Made by a program: the position numbers and the translations under genes. From contig JANOQI010000035.1 of assembly GCA_031414775.1 (NCBI GenBank), positions 30,609 to 94,608 of the forward strand: a DNA stretch of 64,000 nucleotides, given 5' to 3'. Under the pieces are notes generated by a model. That model ran no database searches, was not told the origin of the DNA, and worked only from the letters and a program-made list of their open reading frames with translations. Source of the DNA: Synechococcales cyanobacterium VAR_4_metabat_354. Its GTDB lineage: Bacteria > Cyanobacteriota > Cyanobacteriia > Cyanobacteriales > Chamaesiphonaceae. Positions 42,088 to 51,715 of this stretch are shown piece after piece; positions within the stretch are counted from its first letter, which is position 1, and each line of letters starts with the position of its first letter.

Positions 42088-43827
42088 CTACTGAGAACTA
42101 AGTCCAAACTGAATTCGCTGTTCACCTCGATCATTTAAACCATAATTGAGTTGTAGTGGTAAACCCAGAGCATTAATGCGCAGACCAGCCCCATAACCAA
42201 ACCCGCTACCAGGTTTTCCTCTACTGCCAGCCGGATTACCGGGTATTTCCGATCCAGTTCCCAAATCCGTTCCATAATCAGCAAAAAATGCTCCACCCAA
42301 GAATGAGATAATGGGGAACTGATACTCGGCACTGGCTCTGATAAAGCTCTTACCAGCACCCACTCCACCTTCTTCGTAACCACGCACTGAAGAAACACCA
42401 CCCAATGGAAAAGCTTCATAGGGGGCAATATTGCCCAAGGCCGTCCCACCCTGAACATTAAATGACAGTGACTGCGGCCCTTTATCAAAATTCAAAAGAC
42501 TGACAGGGATAAACTGAGTATAGCCAGCAGTTAGTTTGGTAGTACTAATATTTCCCAAACCGATCGGGATGGCTTGATTCACTCCTAGTCTGATCAGTGA
42601 ACCATCGCTTGGTTGACGAGGATTATCACGAGTATCTTTACTCAAGCTGAACTGAGCCGTGAACAAGTCATCCTGACCAGTAACACTTAGAGTCAATGGC
42701 TTGTTAGCGCTATCTGATGGTGTGATTGTGCCGTTGGTATTGGTTACTTCCACTTTTTGATAATTCAATCCTAAGGAAGCCTGCCAACCACCATCCTCAT
42801 AGGGATTACCATTGAGCGGACGGGCAAAGGTAACACCTCCACCAGTACGATTAATACGCGGTGATTCGGTACTATCCGGCAAAAATATCGGAGTCGAGCC
42901 GCCTTCAAAAACTAATGATGACGATCGACTAGAGAAAACATTTACTCGATAAGAGGTGCGATTGGGGTCACCGCCAATCCAAGGATCGCCATAGCTCAAG
43001 TCAAATAATATATCGCGCCCTACTTGCAATTCACCGCCGAGGCTCTGGTTGTTACCGCCCAGATTAGTCTGCGTATAGCCCAATTGACCCGCTAGACCAT
43101 TACTACCCCCTAAAGTACCCCCAGCAAAAAATCTATTATTGCCTTCGGATTCTACAACCCCAATCTGGACAATTACTTGATTGGGATCTTTGGTACCGGG
43201 GGCGAGAGAGAACGCCATATCTTCAAACAAACCTAGTCGATAAATACGTCGCACGTCTTTTTCGAGAGTTTTGCGGTTATAAATTTGACCCGGCTTTAGT
43301 TCAGCCTCGCGGGTAATGATGTAGTCTCGTGTTTTACCGGTGATCGGTTTGCCATCTTTACCTACCGGTTTGCGATTTTTATCCAAAAAACGTATTTGAA
43401 TATCTTCAATAATCCCTTCGGAGGCGATCAATACCAGTTTGCCATCCGGAGTCGGATTTTCAGCGCTAACGATTTGGGCTAGCTCGTAGCCTTTTTCCTT
43501 GTAGAGGGCATTGAGCTTTTGGATGGATTCTTTGATGGTTGACGGATTGAGCGTTTGACCATACTGGCTCCGAAAAATAGCATCAATTTCGGTAGTAGGA
43601 AGGACGCTTGGCTTATTGTCTTGCAGGGTTTTGATTGATACCTGGCGCAAAATGCCATAGGACACATTGGTGCTAGGCAGCTTTTTGGGAGGCTGTGGTT
43701 TGCTTGTTTTTTTAGACTTCTGATTGCCGGGCTTCTGGGCAAGCGTATCGGCTGGCAGCACTATTTGACTCAGCGCGGATACGGGAGGAGTTGCGATTGT
43801 TGCTGGCAAAGAGATTGGTAATACCAT
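42088..43827 (-). CDS. Omp85/BamA-family outer membrane protein
   Basis: POTRA-like segments (YKEKGYELAQ, GKTRDYIITRE, LGLFED), NLGGNNQ, LGGVSSVRGYEEG, FADYGTDLG, GFGYGAGLR. Confidence 0.92.
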   Translation of the reverse strand: MVLPISLPATIATPPVSALSQIVLPADTLAQKPGNQKSKKTSKPQPPKKLPSTNVSYGILRQVSIKTLQDNKPSVLPTTEIDAIFRSQYGQTLNPSTIKESIQKLNALYKEKGYELAQIVSAENPTPDGKLVLIASEGIIEDIQIRFLDKNRKPVGKDGKPITGKTRDYIITREAELKPGQIYNRKTLEKDVRRIYRLGLFEDMAFSLAPGTKDPNQVIVQIGVVESEGNNRFFAGGTLGGSNGLAGQLGYTQTNLGGNNQSLGGELQVGRDILFDLSYGDPWIGGDPNRTSYRVNVFSSRSSSLVFEGGSTPIFLPDSTESPRINRTGGGVTFARPLNGNPYEDGGWQASLGLNYQKVEVTNTNGTITPSDSANKPLTLSVTGQDDLFTAQFSLSKDTRDNPRQPSDGSLIRLGVNQAIPIGLGNISTTKLTAGYTQFIPVSLLNFDKGPQSLSFNVQGGTALGNIAPYEAFPLGGVSSVRGYEEGGVGAGKSFIRASAEYQFPIISFLGGAFFADYGTDLGTGSEIPGNPAGSRGKPGSGFGYGAGLRINALGLPLQLNYGLNDRGEQRIQFGLSSQ

Positions 43828-43956
43828 CGGATACCTAGATGTTAAGATCTATGAATCTTCATCTTACTTCGTCGATACTACACATTGACAGATCGAGTGT
43901 ATTTTGTTGCCCAAGAACCATGCTCAGATATAACTTTCACGGATTTTTGGCAAATA

Positions 43957-45348
43957 CTAGGGCAGCTGACTCATCTGTTCTAGGTTTAAAACCTGAGCTA
44001 GCAGCTCAGGTGCCATCAATTTTTTAGCCAAGACAATTTCTCGCAAAGATTGGCCAGTAGCCAGTGATTCTTTGGCCACTGCCGCTGCATTGAGATAACC
44101 AATGTGGGTATTCAAAGCTGTCACCAACGCTAAACTGCCCTCGGCATACGATCGACAGCGGGCTTCATCAGCGGTAATTCCTTGAAGACACTGCTCGGTC
44201 AGAGCTTTCAGGGCATTTCCTAAAATCTCAATGCTGTGGATTAGGTTATGAGCAATCAAGGGCATCATCACATTTAGCTCCAGTTGACCAGCCTGAGCGG
44301 CGAGAGCGATCGATTGGTCGTAGCCCATCACCTGAAAGCACACCATCGAAATCATTTCGGCCATTACAGGATTATATTTCCCAGGCATAATCGAAGATCC
44401 GGGCTGGACTGGTGGCAGCTGGATTTCTTTAAAGCCGGTCTTCGGTCCCGAGTCCATCAAGCGTAAATCGTGGGAAATCTTGACTAAATCTTGCGCCAAG
44501 TTACGAACAGCGCCAGACACGGCCACAAAAGGAGCCATGCTCTGCATGGCAGCCATCAAATGGGATGCGGGGGTTAAAGGTTGACCAATTAATTCACCCA
44601 GAACTGTCGTGACCCGCTGTCGATACTGGGGATGAGTATTCATTCCGGTACCGGCGGCACTGCCACCCAGTCCCAGGGTCATCAGGTCTTGCGCGGCTGC
44701 TTTAATCCGGCGCTGATGGTCGGTTAAAATTTGGGCAAAGGCTCCAAAACTGTCGCCGAGTCTTACGGGCACGGCATCTTGCAGATGGGTGCGGCCAGAT
44801 TTAACAATCTGGCTAAATTCTTGGGCTTTGGTCGTGGTGGCGGCGATCGATCCGGCCAAGGCCGGATACAAGGTATGCTCTAAGGCTAGCAATCCGCCCA
44901 CCCGAATGGCAGTAGGAATCACATCGTTGGTAGATTGACCGTAGTTTACATGGTCGTTAGGACTGACTCTTTTGTAGTTGCCTTTTTGGTCACCCAGAAT
45001 TTCTAAGGCGCGGTTGGCCAACACTTCATTAACATTCATATGATGCGAAGTTCCAGCGCCAGCTTGATAAACATCCACCACAAATTGCTCGCGGTACTGA
45101 CCTTGCAGAATTTCATCAGCCGCCGCTGCGATCGACCCACTCAATTCTTTACTAATACAGCCTAATTCGCCATTGACAATCGCGGTAGCTTTTTTAATCA
45201 GCACACAAGCATCAACATAAGTAGGCAGCGGTCGCAAGCCGCTGATCGGAAAGTTCTCGATCGCGCGTAGGGTTTGAATGCCGTAGTAGGCATCAGCGGG
45301 TAGATCACGCTCTCCCATAGAGTCTTGTTCGCGGCGGTAGTTCGTCAT
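43957..45348 (-). CDS. aspA: Aspartate ammonia-lyase (class II fumarase/aspartase family)
   Basis: YYGIQTLRA.ENF, QAGAGTSHHMNVNEV, GQSTND, KSGRTHLQDA, QPGSSIMPGKYNPV, GQLELNV. Confidence 0.9.
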   Translation of the reverse strand: MTNYRREQDSMGERDLPADAYYGIQTLRAIENFPISGLRPLPTYVDACVLIKKATAIVNGELGCISKELSGSIAAAADEILQGQYREQFVVDVYQAGAGTSHHMNVNEVLANRALEILGDQKGNYKRVSPNDHVNYGQSTNDVIPTAIRVGGLLALEHTLYPALAGSIAATTTKAQEFSQIVKSGRTHLQDAVPVRLGDSFGAFAQILTDHQRRIKAAAQDLMTLGLGGSAAGTGMNTHPQYRQRVTTVLGELIGQPLTPASHLMAAMQSMAPFVAVSGAVRNLAQDLVKISHDLRLMDSGPKTGFKEIQLPPVQPGSSIMPGKYNPVMAEMISMVCFQVMGYDQSIALAAQAGQLELNVMMPLIAHNLIHSIEILGNALKALTEQCLQGITADEARCRSYAEGSLALVTALNTHIGYLNAAAVAKESLATGQSLREIVLAKKLMAPELLAQVLNLEQMSQLP

Positions 45349-45470
45349 TAGATAGTTAACGGGTGGGATGATGCTCTGTCAGTTGGCGGCAGGATGCTAA
45401 CGGCCTAAAAAGCTAGGCTAGGGGACTATCCTACCATTGTGAGATCAACCATTTGCTCGTCCTGGCAAGT

Positions 45471-45618
45471 TCACTAACAAAGTTGTTTGGCTGTATTAAG
45501 ACTGATATTCATCATGTTGCCGACCAGCACAATCGCTATATAGGCGAAGCGCAGTACCGAGATATTTATCTTCCTGAGTAAAGTGTTTGTTGATACTTCT
45601 GGCTGGGCTTGTTTATAG
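45471..45618 (+). pseudogene. Antitoxin C-terminal fragment plus 5' fragment of a PIN-domain (VapC) toxin
   Basis: 45471-45581 reads SLTKLFGCIKTDIHHVADQHNRYIGEAQYRDIYLPE*. Overlapping 45574-45618 reads (CTG)SKVFVDTSGWACL*, a PIN N-terminal VFVDTS motif. Confidence 0.65.
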
Positions 45619-45894
45619 AACTTCCTCAGCTAAAAGCTTACCCTGGACTCGTTCATATTCATCTTCAAGAAGCCATTCTTGAGCTGATTGATAATTAGAG
45701 TGAGTGACGACGAGTTGATAGTCAAATGCCGGGTTAAAAATATGACAAGTACCGTTCTGATTGCCTACTAACATCAAAATTTTGGGTGGGAAAAGAATTG
45801 GATCGACCCATAATTCCAGAAAATTCCAGGCTTTAGCTTGTTTTACGAGGGCTGGTGCGGGGGATTGCATGATACTCACCTGTGGTTTTGACAA
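45613..45894 (-). CDS. Hypothetical protein, probable partner (antitoxin/immunity) of the upstream gene
   Basis: Intact ORF overlapping the 3' end of 45833..46192, with acidic C-terminus WLLEDEYERV. Start uncertain. Confidence 0.6.
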   Translation of the reverse strand: MSKPQVSIMQSPAPALVKQAKAWNFLELWVDPILFPPKILMLVGNQNGTCHIFNPAFDYQLVVTHSNYQSAQEWLLEDEYERVQGKLLAEEVL

Positions 45895-46192
45895 TTTTGA
45901 TTTCGCCGTAGTAAAGCGGTGTTTGATTCCCTTCTGTTCTAATTATGTAACCGATCGGGTCTGAAAAGTATAGTCCATAGCGTTCGTAACTATCTTCTGC
46001 ATCATTGATTCCGGTTTGCTTTCCACTTTCTATGATAGCCTGCACAACTTGTTCTAGAGTTTCTCGATCGTTGAAGACATGTGCTCTACCTTCTTTTCTC
46101 AACATCCGTTGAACCTGAAGTGTGTGGGGTAAATGTCGATCGATCAGGCTTTGTCGGGAATCGGGAGTAATATCTCGGTTAATGCCGCTCAT
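45833..46192 (-). CDS. Hypothetical protein (DUF6972-like by recollection), candidate small ribonuclease toxin
   Basis: Intact 119-aa ORF with RHLP, AHVFND, ERYGLYF..PIGY and C-terminal YHAIPRT. Confidence 0.6.
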   Translation of the reverse strand: MSGINRDITPDSRQSLIDRHLPHTLQVQRMLRKEGRAHVFNDRETLEQVVQAIIESGKQTGINDAEDSYERYGLYFSDPIGYIIRTEGNQTPLYYGEIKIVKTTGEYHAIPRTSPRKTS

Positions 46193-46340
46193 ATGGTTAG
46201 GCGATCACACTTGGGAATCATTATTACTGGTTAAAACATTCGTCGAAAATCTGTTGAATCCCACCATTATGATGATCGATCATCGGTAATTTAACGGGGT
46301 GGCATGAGGTATGGTATATTTTCCAATTTCCTTAGTAGTA

Positions 46341-46499
46341 GACCCATTGGATGCTCTACCCCTGGGACAGTTCCTTGATAAGTCTTGGTCTTTGGTAGAC
46401 TGTAGTTAAGTTGTTTTAATGAAACAACTAAAAATCTCAGAGGCACTGACTACCGATCGACATTTTGAACAAGCTGGTTTTGGGCGACTGCTCCAATGA
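46341..46499 (+). pseudogene. 3' fragment of a PIN-domain (VapC) toxin with an internal stop
   Basis: ...DKSWSLVDCS*VVLMKQLKISEALTTDRHFEQAGFGRLLQ*, with TAA at 46407-46409. Confidence 0.75.
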
Positions 46500-46542
46500 T
46501 TGATTCTTTGCTGGAATTGGTTTGATTTCGATCGATCCAAAA

Positions 46543-49158
46543 TTAAGGAGTATTTTGAGTAATCTCTTTGTTGCAATTTTTCATTGCCTCACTGTTTATT
46601 ACGAAGCCGTAGTTTGGTTTTTTCGTATAGTCCCCTAAAGCATTACAGCCTTGTTTTATTAAATCTTTAAGTTCTGATCGCTGTGCCTGATCATTCTTAA
46701 TTGGCCATATTCTGACTTTTCCGTCTCTACCAGCAGAAGCTAAGAATTGTCCATCAGGGCTGAAATTTGCGTCCCAGACCCAGGCTGGGTGTTTTGGAAG
46801 TAAGGGTGATTTCAGTTTTCCATCTTTTGCCCCCCAAATTTTAACAGTTTTATCAAAGCCTGCTGTTACAACTGTTTTACCATTAGGACTAAAATTAGCA
46901 CTCATTAATTTCCTGTCAGGACTTATCGATTTCTCTTTTTTATTATCCAAAGTTTGAAGTAATTCACCTTTCAGATTCCAAATTTTAGCCGTATTGTCAT
47001 CACTAGCAGTTACAAGTGTTTTACCATCTGGACTGAAACTAACGCTATTAACTTCATCTGTATGCTTCTTGAAAATCAAAAGCTCTTTATCTTTTTGTTT
47101 CCAGTTCCAAAGCTTGGCTGTCCCATCATCACTAGCCGTTGCAATTGTTTGACTGTCAGGACTAAAACTAACGCTGACAACGTTTTTAGTATGTTCACTA
47201 TCCCATTCTGTAAGATCATAGTTGTCTAAGTTCCAAATCCTAATGATTTTATCTACACCTACAGAAGCCAGCACCTTACGATCAGGGCTAAAACTAACGC
47301 TAAAAACCCATCCTTTATGACCTTCCAATGTTTTGATACATTTCCACCGTTTGTTGTTTTTGTCACGTTGCTGCCAAAGCTTTACTGTTCCATCCCAGCT
47401 AGCAGTTGCAATCGTTTTACTGTCTGGCGAGAAACGAACAGTCCAAACTTTCTGTGTATGACCATTTAGAGTGTCAATATTTTCACCTTTCAGGTTCCAG
47501 ATCCTTACATTTTTATCCTCCCCAGCCGATGCAATGAGGAGCTTATCAGGACTAAAAGTTACACTAATAACTTCACCTTCATGACCTTCCAAAAGACGTG
47601 TGTCAATAACCTGCTGCAAGGTGTTAGTTATTTTGGATCTTAGTTCATTTGGTACCTTGATTGAAGCTGTTTTTATCAGTTGACCCGCTGTAAGGCTGGC
47701 TATCAATGCCTGTGGCAGTGAGTTGGAAGAGAGCAAGGTCTGTGCTGAATCATTCAAGGCATTAAGCTTGGATTGCTGACTCTCTAATCTAGATTGACGA
47801 CTGTCTAACCAGGCAAATAATGTTAATCCTCCGGCTATGATTAAAGATAAGCCCAAGATGGCTGTGCCCCAAGCAATTTGTTTTTTTGTTTTTCGTTGTA
47901 CATCAAACAACTGTAGATTTTGACTAGCCTGCAAAAACTGAAAATCGTGTGAACCTAGGTTTTTATTTTCTGCCCAGATCATTACTTTCGATAGTTCCTC
48001 TCCTTGAAGCAAGCAAGATTGGTCTTGATATTTAGAGGCAATCCATTTAGCTAGTGGCTGGGCATAGGGTCGATAATTTTTTAATTCTTTTTCAACCCAT
48101 TCAAGATTAAAAATAGTTTCATAAATTCGATTGTGAACTCGCAGTTCCCCGTATTTTTGAGACACAATTCCAGATAATATTAGTCCCATTTTTGCTGAGC
48201 TATGATCGACTATCACCTTGTCCCCATTCAATATTTGTTGATAGAAAGATAGCATTTCAATAGTGAGTTCTGGTTTGGAGTTCAGTCTATTACGAATTGT
48301 TTTAAGATGTTCTGGATTATCTTGGGATTCCCACTTTTCCACCACTCGTGATCTTACAATGGTTTCAATTCTTTGCGATTCCTCTCCTTCATGTATAAAA
48401 GGTTCTAAATCATATACTAACTTACAGATTTTTTGAGTTAGAAACGGTTGACCACCAGTGTTAAATAAAATAGCTTTAAGGACAGAATCAGGTCTATCAG
48501 CTTTGGTCTCTAATCCTTTAATTAAAGGAGCTACTTCATTAAATTGGAAATCATCAAGTTCAATCTTACTAGCAATATTAAATGGTGTTAGCTGTTTGTT
48601 TTGAATTAAATCAGCAGGTATTGCTACTCCTAAAAAGGCAAAAGTGATGCGATTATGCCCTGAATTATCAAGCCACTGCTTATCACAAGATCGAATAAAT
48701 ATTAAAAAATCATCTACTGCGAAATCCAAGCTAAGAACGCTGTCGATTTCATCGATAAAAATGATGATATTTTTTGTTACTTCTGCTAATAATACATTTT
48801 TAATAAACTCTTGGAACTGTCCCATAGGGGATAAATGTTGGCGATTAGACAGCCAGGTTGAAATTTGAAATGGTATTTGGCCGCCATCTGTAATATACTG
48901 AATCAAGGTGGTATACCATTGTTCAAAAGTGACCCCCTGGGTTCCAATTGATGAAAGACTAATATATATGCAAACAAAGCCTGCTTTTTCCAACCTTTGC
49001 ATTGTATGTACACACAGACTAGTTTTACCACTTTGCCGTGAGTTAAGTACGTAACAAAATTGTCCAACTCTCAGTGCATTGTAAAAATCTTTATCTGCTT
49101 GCCGTTCTACATAACTCGGGGCGTTAGGTGGTAAGTTTGAACCAACTTGATATTTCAT
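46543..49158 (-). CDS. AAA_35-type STAND NTPase with a TM helix and about seven WD40 repeats
   Basis: SYVERQAD, Walker A NSRQSGKTS, Walker B IFIDEIDSVL, TPFNI, GGQPFLTQKIC, TM IAWGTAILGLSLIIAGGLTLFAW, repeated GH...V.FSPD...TAS.D..KLW. Confidence 0.93.
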   Translation of the reverse strand: MKYQVGSNLPPNAPSYVERQADKDFYNALRVGQFCYVLNSRQSGKTSLCVHTMQRLEKAGFVCIYISLSSIGTQGVTFEQWYTTLIQYITDGGQIPFQISTWLSNRQHLSPMGQFQEFIKNVLLAEVTKNIIIFIDEIDSVLSLDFAVDDFLIFIRSCDKQWLDNSGHNRITFAFLGVAIPADLIQNKQLTPFNIASKIELDDFQFNEVAPLIKGLETKADRPDSVLKAILFNTGGQPFLTQKICKLVYDLEPFIHEGEESQRIETIVRSRVVEKWESQDNPEHLKTIRNRLNSKPELTIEMLSFYQQILNGDKVIVDHSSAKMGLILSGIVSQKYGELRVHNRIYETIFNLEWVEKELKNYRPYAQPLAKWIASKYQDQSCLLQGEELSKVMIWAENKNLGSHDFQFLQASQNLQLFDVQRKTKKQIAWGTAILGLSLIIAGGLTLFAWLDSRQSRLESQQSKLNALNDSAQTLLSSNSLPQALIASLTAGQLIKTASIKVPNELRSKITNTLQQVIDTRLLEGHEGEVISVTFSPDKLLIASAGEDKNVRIWNLKGENIDTLNGHTQKVWTVRFSPDSKTIATASWDGTVKLWQQRDKNNKRWKCIKTLEGHKGWVFSVSFSPDRKVLASVGVDKIIRIWNLDNYDLTEWDSEHTKNVVSVSFSPDSQTIATASDDGTAKLWNWKQKDKELLIFKKHTDEVNSVSFSPDGKTLVTASDDNTAKIWNLKGELLQTLDNKKEKSISPDRKLMSANFSPNGKTVVTAGFDKTVKIWGAKDGKLKSPLLPKHPAWVWDANFSPDGQFLASAGRDGKVRIWPIKNDQAQRSELKDLIKQGCNALGDYTKKPNYGFVINSEAMKNCNKEITQNTP

Positions 49159-49205
49159 TTGCAGGAATCCTCAAAAAAATGCGGTAAAATCTAGCAGTCT
49201 CATTG

Positions 49206-50561
49206 CTAATTTTTAGGTAATTTTTTTCTAAAATAATGTTTGAATAATTTGCAGCGCAGTATTGAGTAGTCGCCTTGTTTTACGATCAGACCCATTGCCT
49301 CCAGTTTAAATACATCTTGATGAAAATCTTGTAATTGTACAGGTTTATCATCTGTTACTATCTTTTTCAATGTAGTTACTAAATTTTCATGTTTTAAAAT
49401 TCTTCCAAATAGTTTACCTAGATACTCATTGTAAATGTTGTTGTTAGACGCCTCTGTCAAAAGGTTATCAAGGTTGTCAACCTTCTTGGCAATGTTTTCT
49501 AGAGCTAAGCTCACTAAGTAAGGATGCCCCCCAACTAATTCCATTAATTTATGGACTTTAGCAATATCCCAATTCAGTTGATACTGATCAACTAACATTT
49601 TTATTTGTTTTTCTGAGAATTCATCAAGAGAGATGGTTGTACCAATACCATTTAAAGGTGAATAATTAATGTCTAACTCAGCATAAACATCCGTAGAGTG
49701 AGAAATAACCCAGCGCAAATTTTCCCAGCTTTTACGATGAGGATTAATAGTCCTGGAAGAGTCATTCAATACCCGAATAAGACTGCAAAAGTCATTGGAA
49801 ATACTCTTCTCAAATACTTCATCAACATGGCTAAGGACTAATACTAAAGTAGCAGTGATTTTCTTGAATATGTAGTTTTGAAAATATGTTTTTACATTGT
49901 ATATTGGAGACACTGATTTTTCCCAATATTTATCTAATTCATTAGCTAGTCCTAATTCAAGGGAAATAGTAGAACAAAATCTTGTAGAAAATAGTGTGAT
50001 ATCACTAAGTGTTGCAGCATCAAACGATTGAAAATCAAGAACAATGTACTGATATCCTTTCTCTCTAATTTGATCCAATAGTGTATTTATAAATCGTGTC
50101 TTACCAAATTTTTCTGGTGCTTTTATTCGCACTAGGGCACCTGAAGTAGTAATAGTGTTGTAAAACTCTTGCTCTTCAGAATCTCGCTGGACATAAAGTC
50201 TGGAGCTACTACGATCTGAGGGAGGATCTGGATCGAAATATTCTAGACCAGAATCAGATTGATTTGATGGATGTAAAAAATTTTGTATTTTACCCCTGAA
50301 ATTATATCGGGTGACTTTTTCTCCTAGGGAAATAGTTTTATTTTTCCTGAAAGTCGGAGTGATTTTATCTCTAAACATTCGACTTCCAGTGTCTTGAATA
50401 AATTTCTCAGCAAATCTTAATTGACCGGCGATTTCACCATAGTTAAGACTTGGATCTTGATATAATTTTAAAAAAATTTCCCTTTCAAGGTCGGTGAAGT
50501 GTGTACTTAGCCGTTGATATATTTCATTATCTAAGATGTTTGTGATTTCCACTGGTGTCAT
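49206..50561 (-). CDS. N-terminal HTH plus AAA_35-type STAND NTPase (start could be 50600)
   Basis: HTH-like LNYGEIAGQLRFAEKFIQDTGSRMF..GEKVTRYNF, LYVQR, Walker A APEKFGKT, degenerate Walker B LVLSHVD, VGGHPYLV, LRCKLFKHYF. Confidence 0.88.
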   Translation of the reverse strand: MTPVEITNILDNEIYQRLSTHFTDLEREIFLKLYQDPSLNYGEIAGQLRFAEKFIQDTGSRMFRDKITPTFRKNKTISLGEKVTRYNFRGKIQNFLHPSNQSDSGLEYFDPDPPSDRSSSRLYVQRDSEEQEFYNTITTSGALVRIKAPEKFGKTRFINTLLDQIREKGYQYIVLDFQSFDAATLSDITLFSTRFCSTISLELGLANELDKYWEKSVSPIYNVKTYFQNYIFKKITATLVLVLSHVDEVFEKSISNDFCSLIRVLNDSSRTINPHRKSWENLRWVISHSTDVYAELDINYSPLNGIGTTISLDEFSEKQIKMLVDQYQLNWDIAKVHKLMELVGGHPYLVSLALENIAKKVDNLDNLLTEASNNNIYNEYLGKLFGRILKHENLVTTLKKIVTDDKPVQLQDFHQDVFKLEAMGLIVKQGDYSILRCKLFKHYFRKKLPKN

Positions 50562-50740
50562 ACTATTTACCAAGAAATAATCTCTTTCATAAAATACCAT
50601 ATCTATGCGATTAAAGAATCTGATTTGTTAAATTGTAAATAGAAACAGTCTGTTTAGAAATCTTGAAACCCATGACTGCAAAAGCTTTGCTAAACCTTCG
50701 GATTTTCACGCCACGACTATTCTTGATTTTTATATTTCCT

Positions 50741-50760
50741 AGTGGCGAAAAGTGGCGAGA
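50741..50760. repeat. 10-bp-period direct repeat AGTGGCGA in the divergent promoter region
   Basis: AGTGGCGAAA-AGTGGCGAGA, plus an inverted core CGCCAC at 50709-50714. Confidence 0.7.
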
Positions 50761-50860
50761 TTTAAGGACTAATAAATATTTTGCAGTTGTAGATTTGTAG
50801 TAGTTAAGCAAGGAATTAATCTCTCTTGCACACATTAAATATTATCAAAGGGTTCACGAA

Positions 50861-51157
50861 ATGAAAATCAATTCTACTCTAGCTGAAATCTTCGCCATCA
50901 TCTTGGCTGCAAGCTCACTATCCTTGTACATCGCACCAGCCTCTGCCCAATCAGCACCAAGCTGTGTAACAACTAACCTCAACGACAGAGGTTATACCGA
51001 TCACCTTAGGGTGACTAATGGTTGTAAAAAATCAGTGCGGGTAAAGGTCGTCCTTGCCTTTAAAACTGATAAAGCTTGTCAGACTCTTTCGCCCGGAGTC
51101 AGTAGAGATTATCAGTGGAGTTATCCAGGTCGCTTCGATCGATTGGAAGCTTGCTAA
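50861..51157 (+). CDS. Secreted four-cysteine protein with tendamistat (alpha-amylase inhibitor)-like pattern
   Basis: Signal peptide ending ASA, then APSCVT...NGC..VRVKVV...C..L.PG...R..LEAC. Confidence 0.7.
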   Translation: MKINSTLAEIFAIILAASSLSLYIAPASAQSAPSCVTTNLNDRGYTDHLRVTNGCKKSVRVKVVLAFKTDKACQTLSPGVSRDYQWSYPGRFDRLEAC

Positions 51158-51345
51158 ATAGACATTCTTAGCTCTGTCATCACTATCATTTTAGTGCAAG
51201 GTTAGCCTTCTAGCCAGCAGAAATCTAAGAGCATCTTTCTTCATAGCGAAGTTCAGCACAGCTCATGGTTTCAAAATCACTCTGGGCTGTGCTACCAAAC
51301 TCTTCATTATCAATCTTGATTTTTATATTAAGGAAAATGTGAATT

Positions 51346-51609
51346 ATGTTTGTGCCATACCAAGAATACAAAGAGGCTTTGCCTACTATCATTAGTGATT
51401 TCCTGGAAAATCAAATTTATCTAAATGACTTGAAGCAAAAATTCAACGCCTTGTTTCTGGAAATCATTCCCACCGAATGCTTTTCCAGCAATGAATTTAG
51501 TTTCTACCTTGGTCTAAGTATGCTCTTGCTGCATCCCTCAATCTCAGCTCAAGAAGTACTTGACTACATAAAAGTAGAAAACAGCACGACTCAAGAATCA
51601 TGTCACTAA
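51346..51609 (+). CDS. Hypothetical small acidic helical protein
   Basis: Intact 87-aa ORF with AAGGA upstream and no signal peptide. Confidence 0.55.
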   Translation: MFVPYQEYKEALPTIISDFLENQIYLNDLKQKFNALFLEIIPTECFSSNEFSFYLGLSMLLLHPSISAQEVLDYIKVENSTTQESCH

Positions 51610-51715
51610 TTTTATAGCTCGATCGCACCTACTTCTCCAAAATCAAAGTGCGATTCCTCCTCCAACCAAGCATTATTTTCTTCTCTTCCTAGACAAACTT
51701 TTCATAGAAATCAAA

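Noticed and set aside
45613..46340. Insertion sequence or MITE as the element splitting vapC
   Set aside because: No transposase motif, terminal inverted repeats or target-site duplication could be seen.
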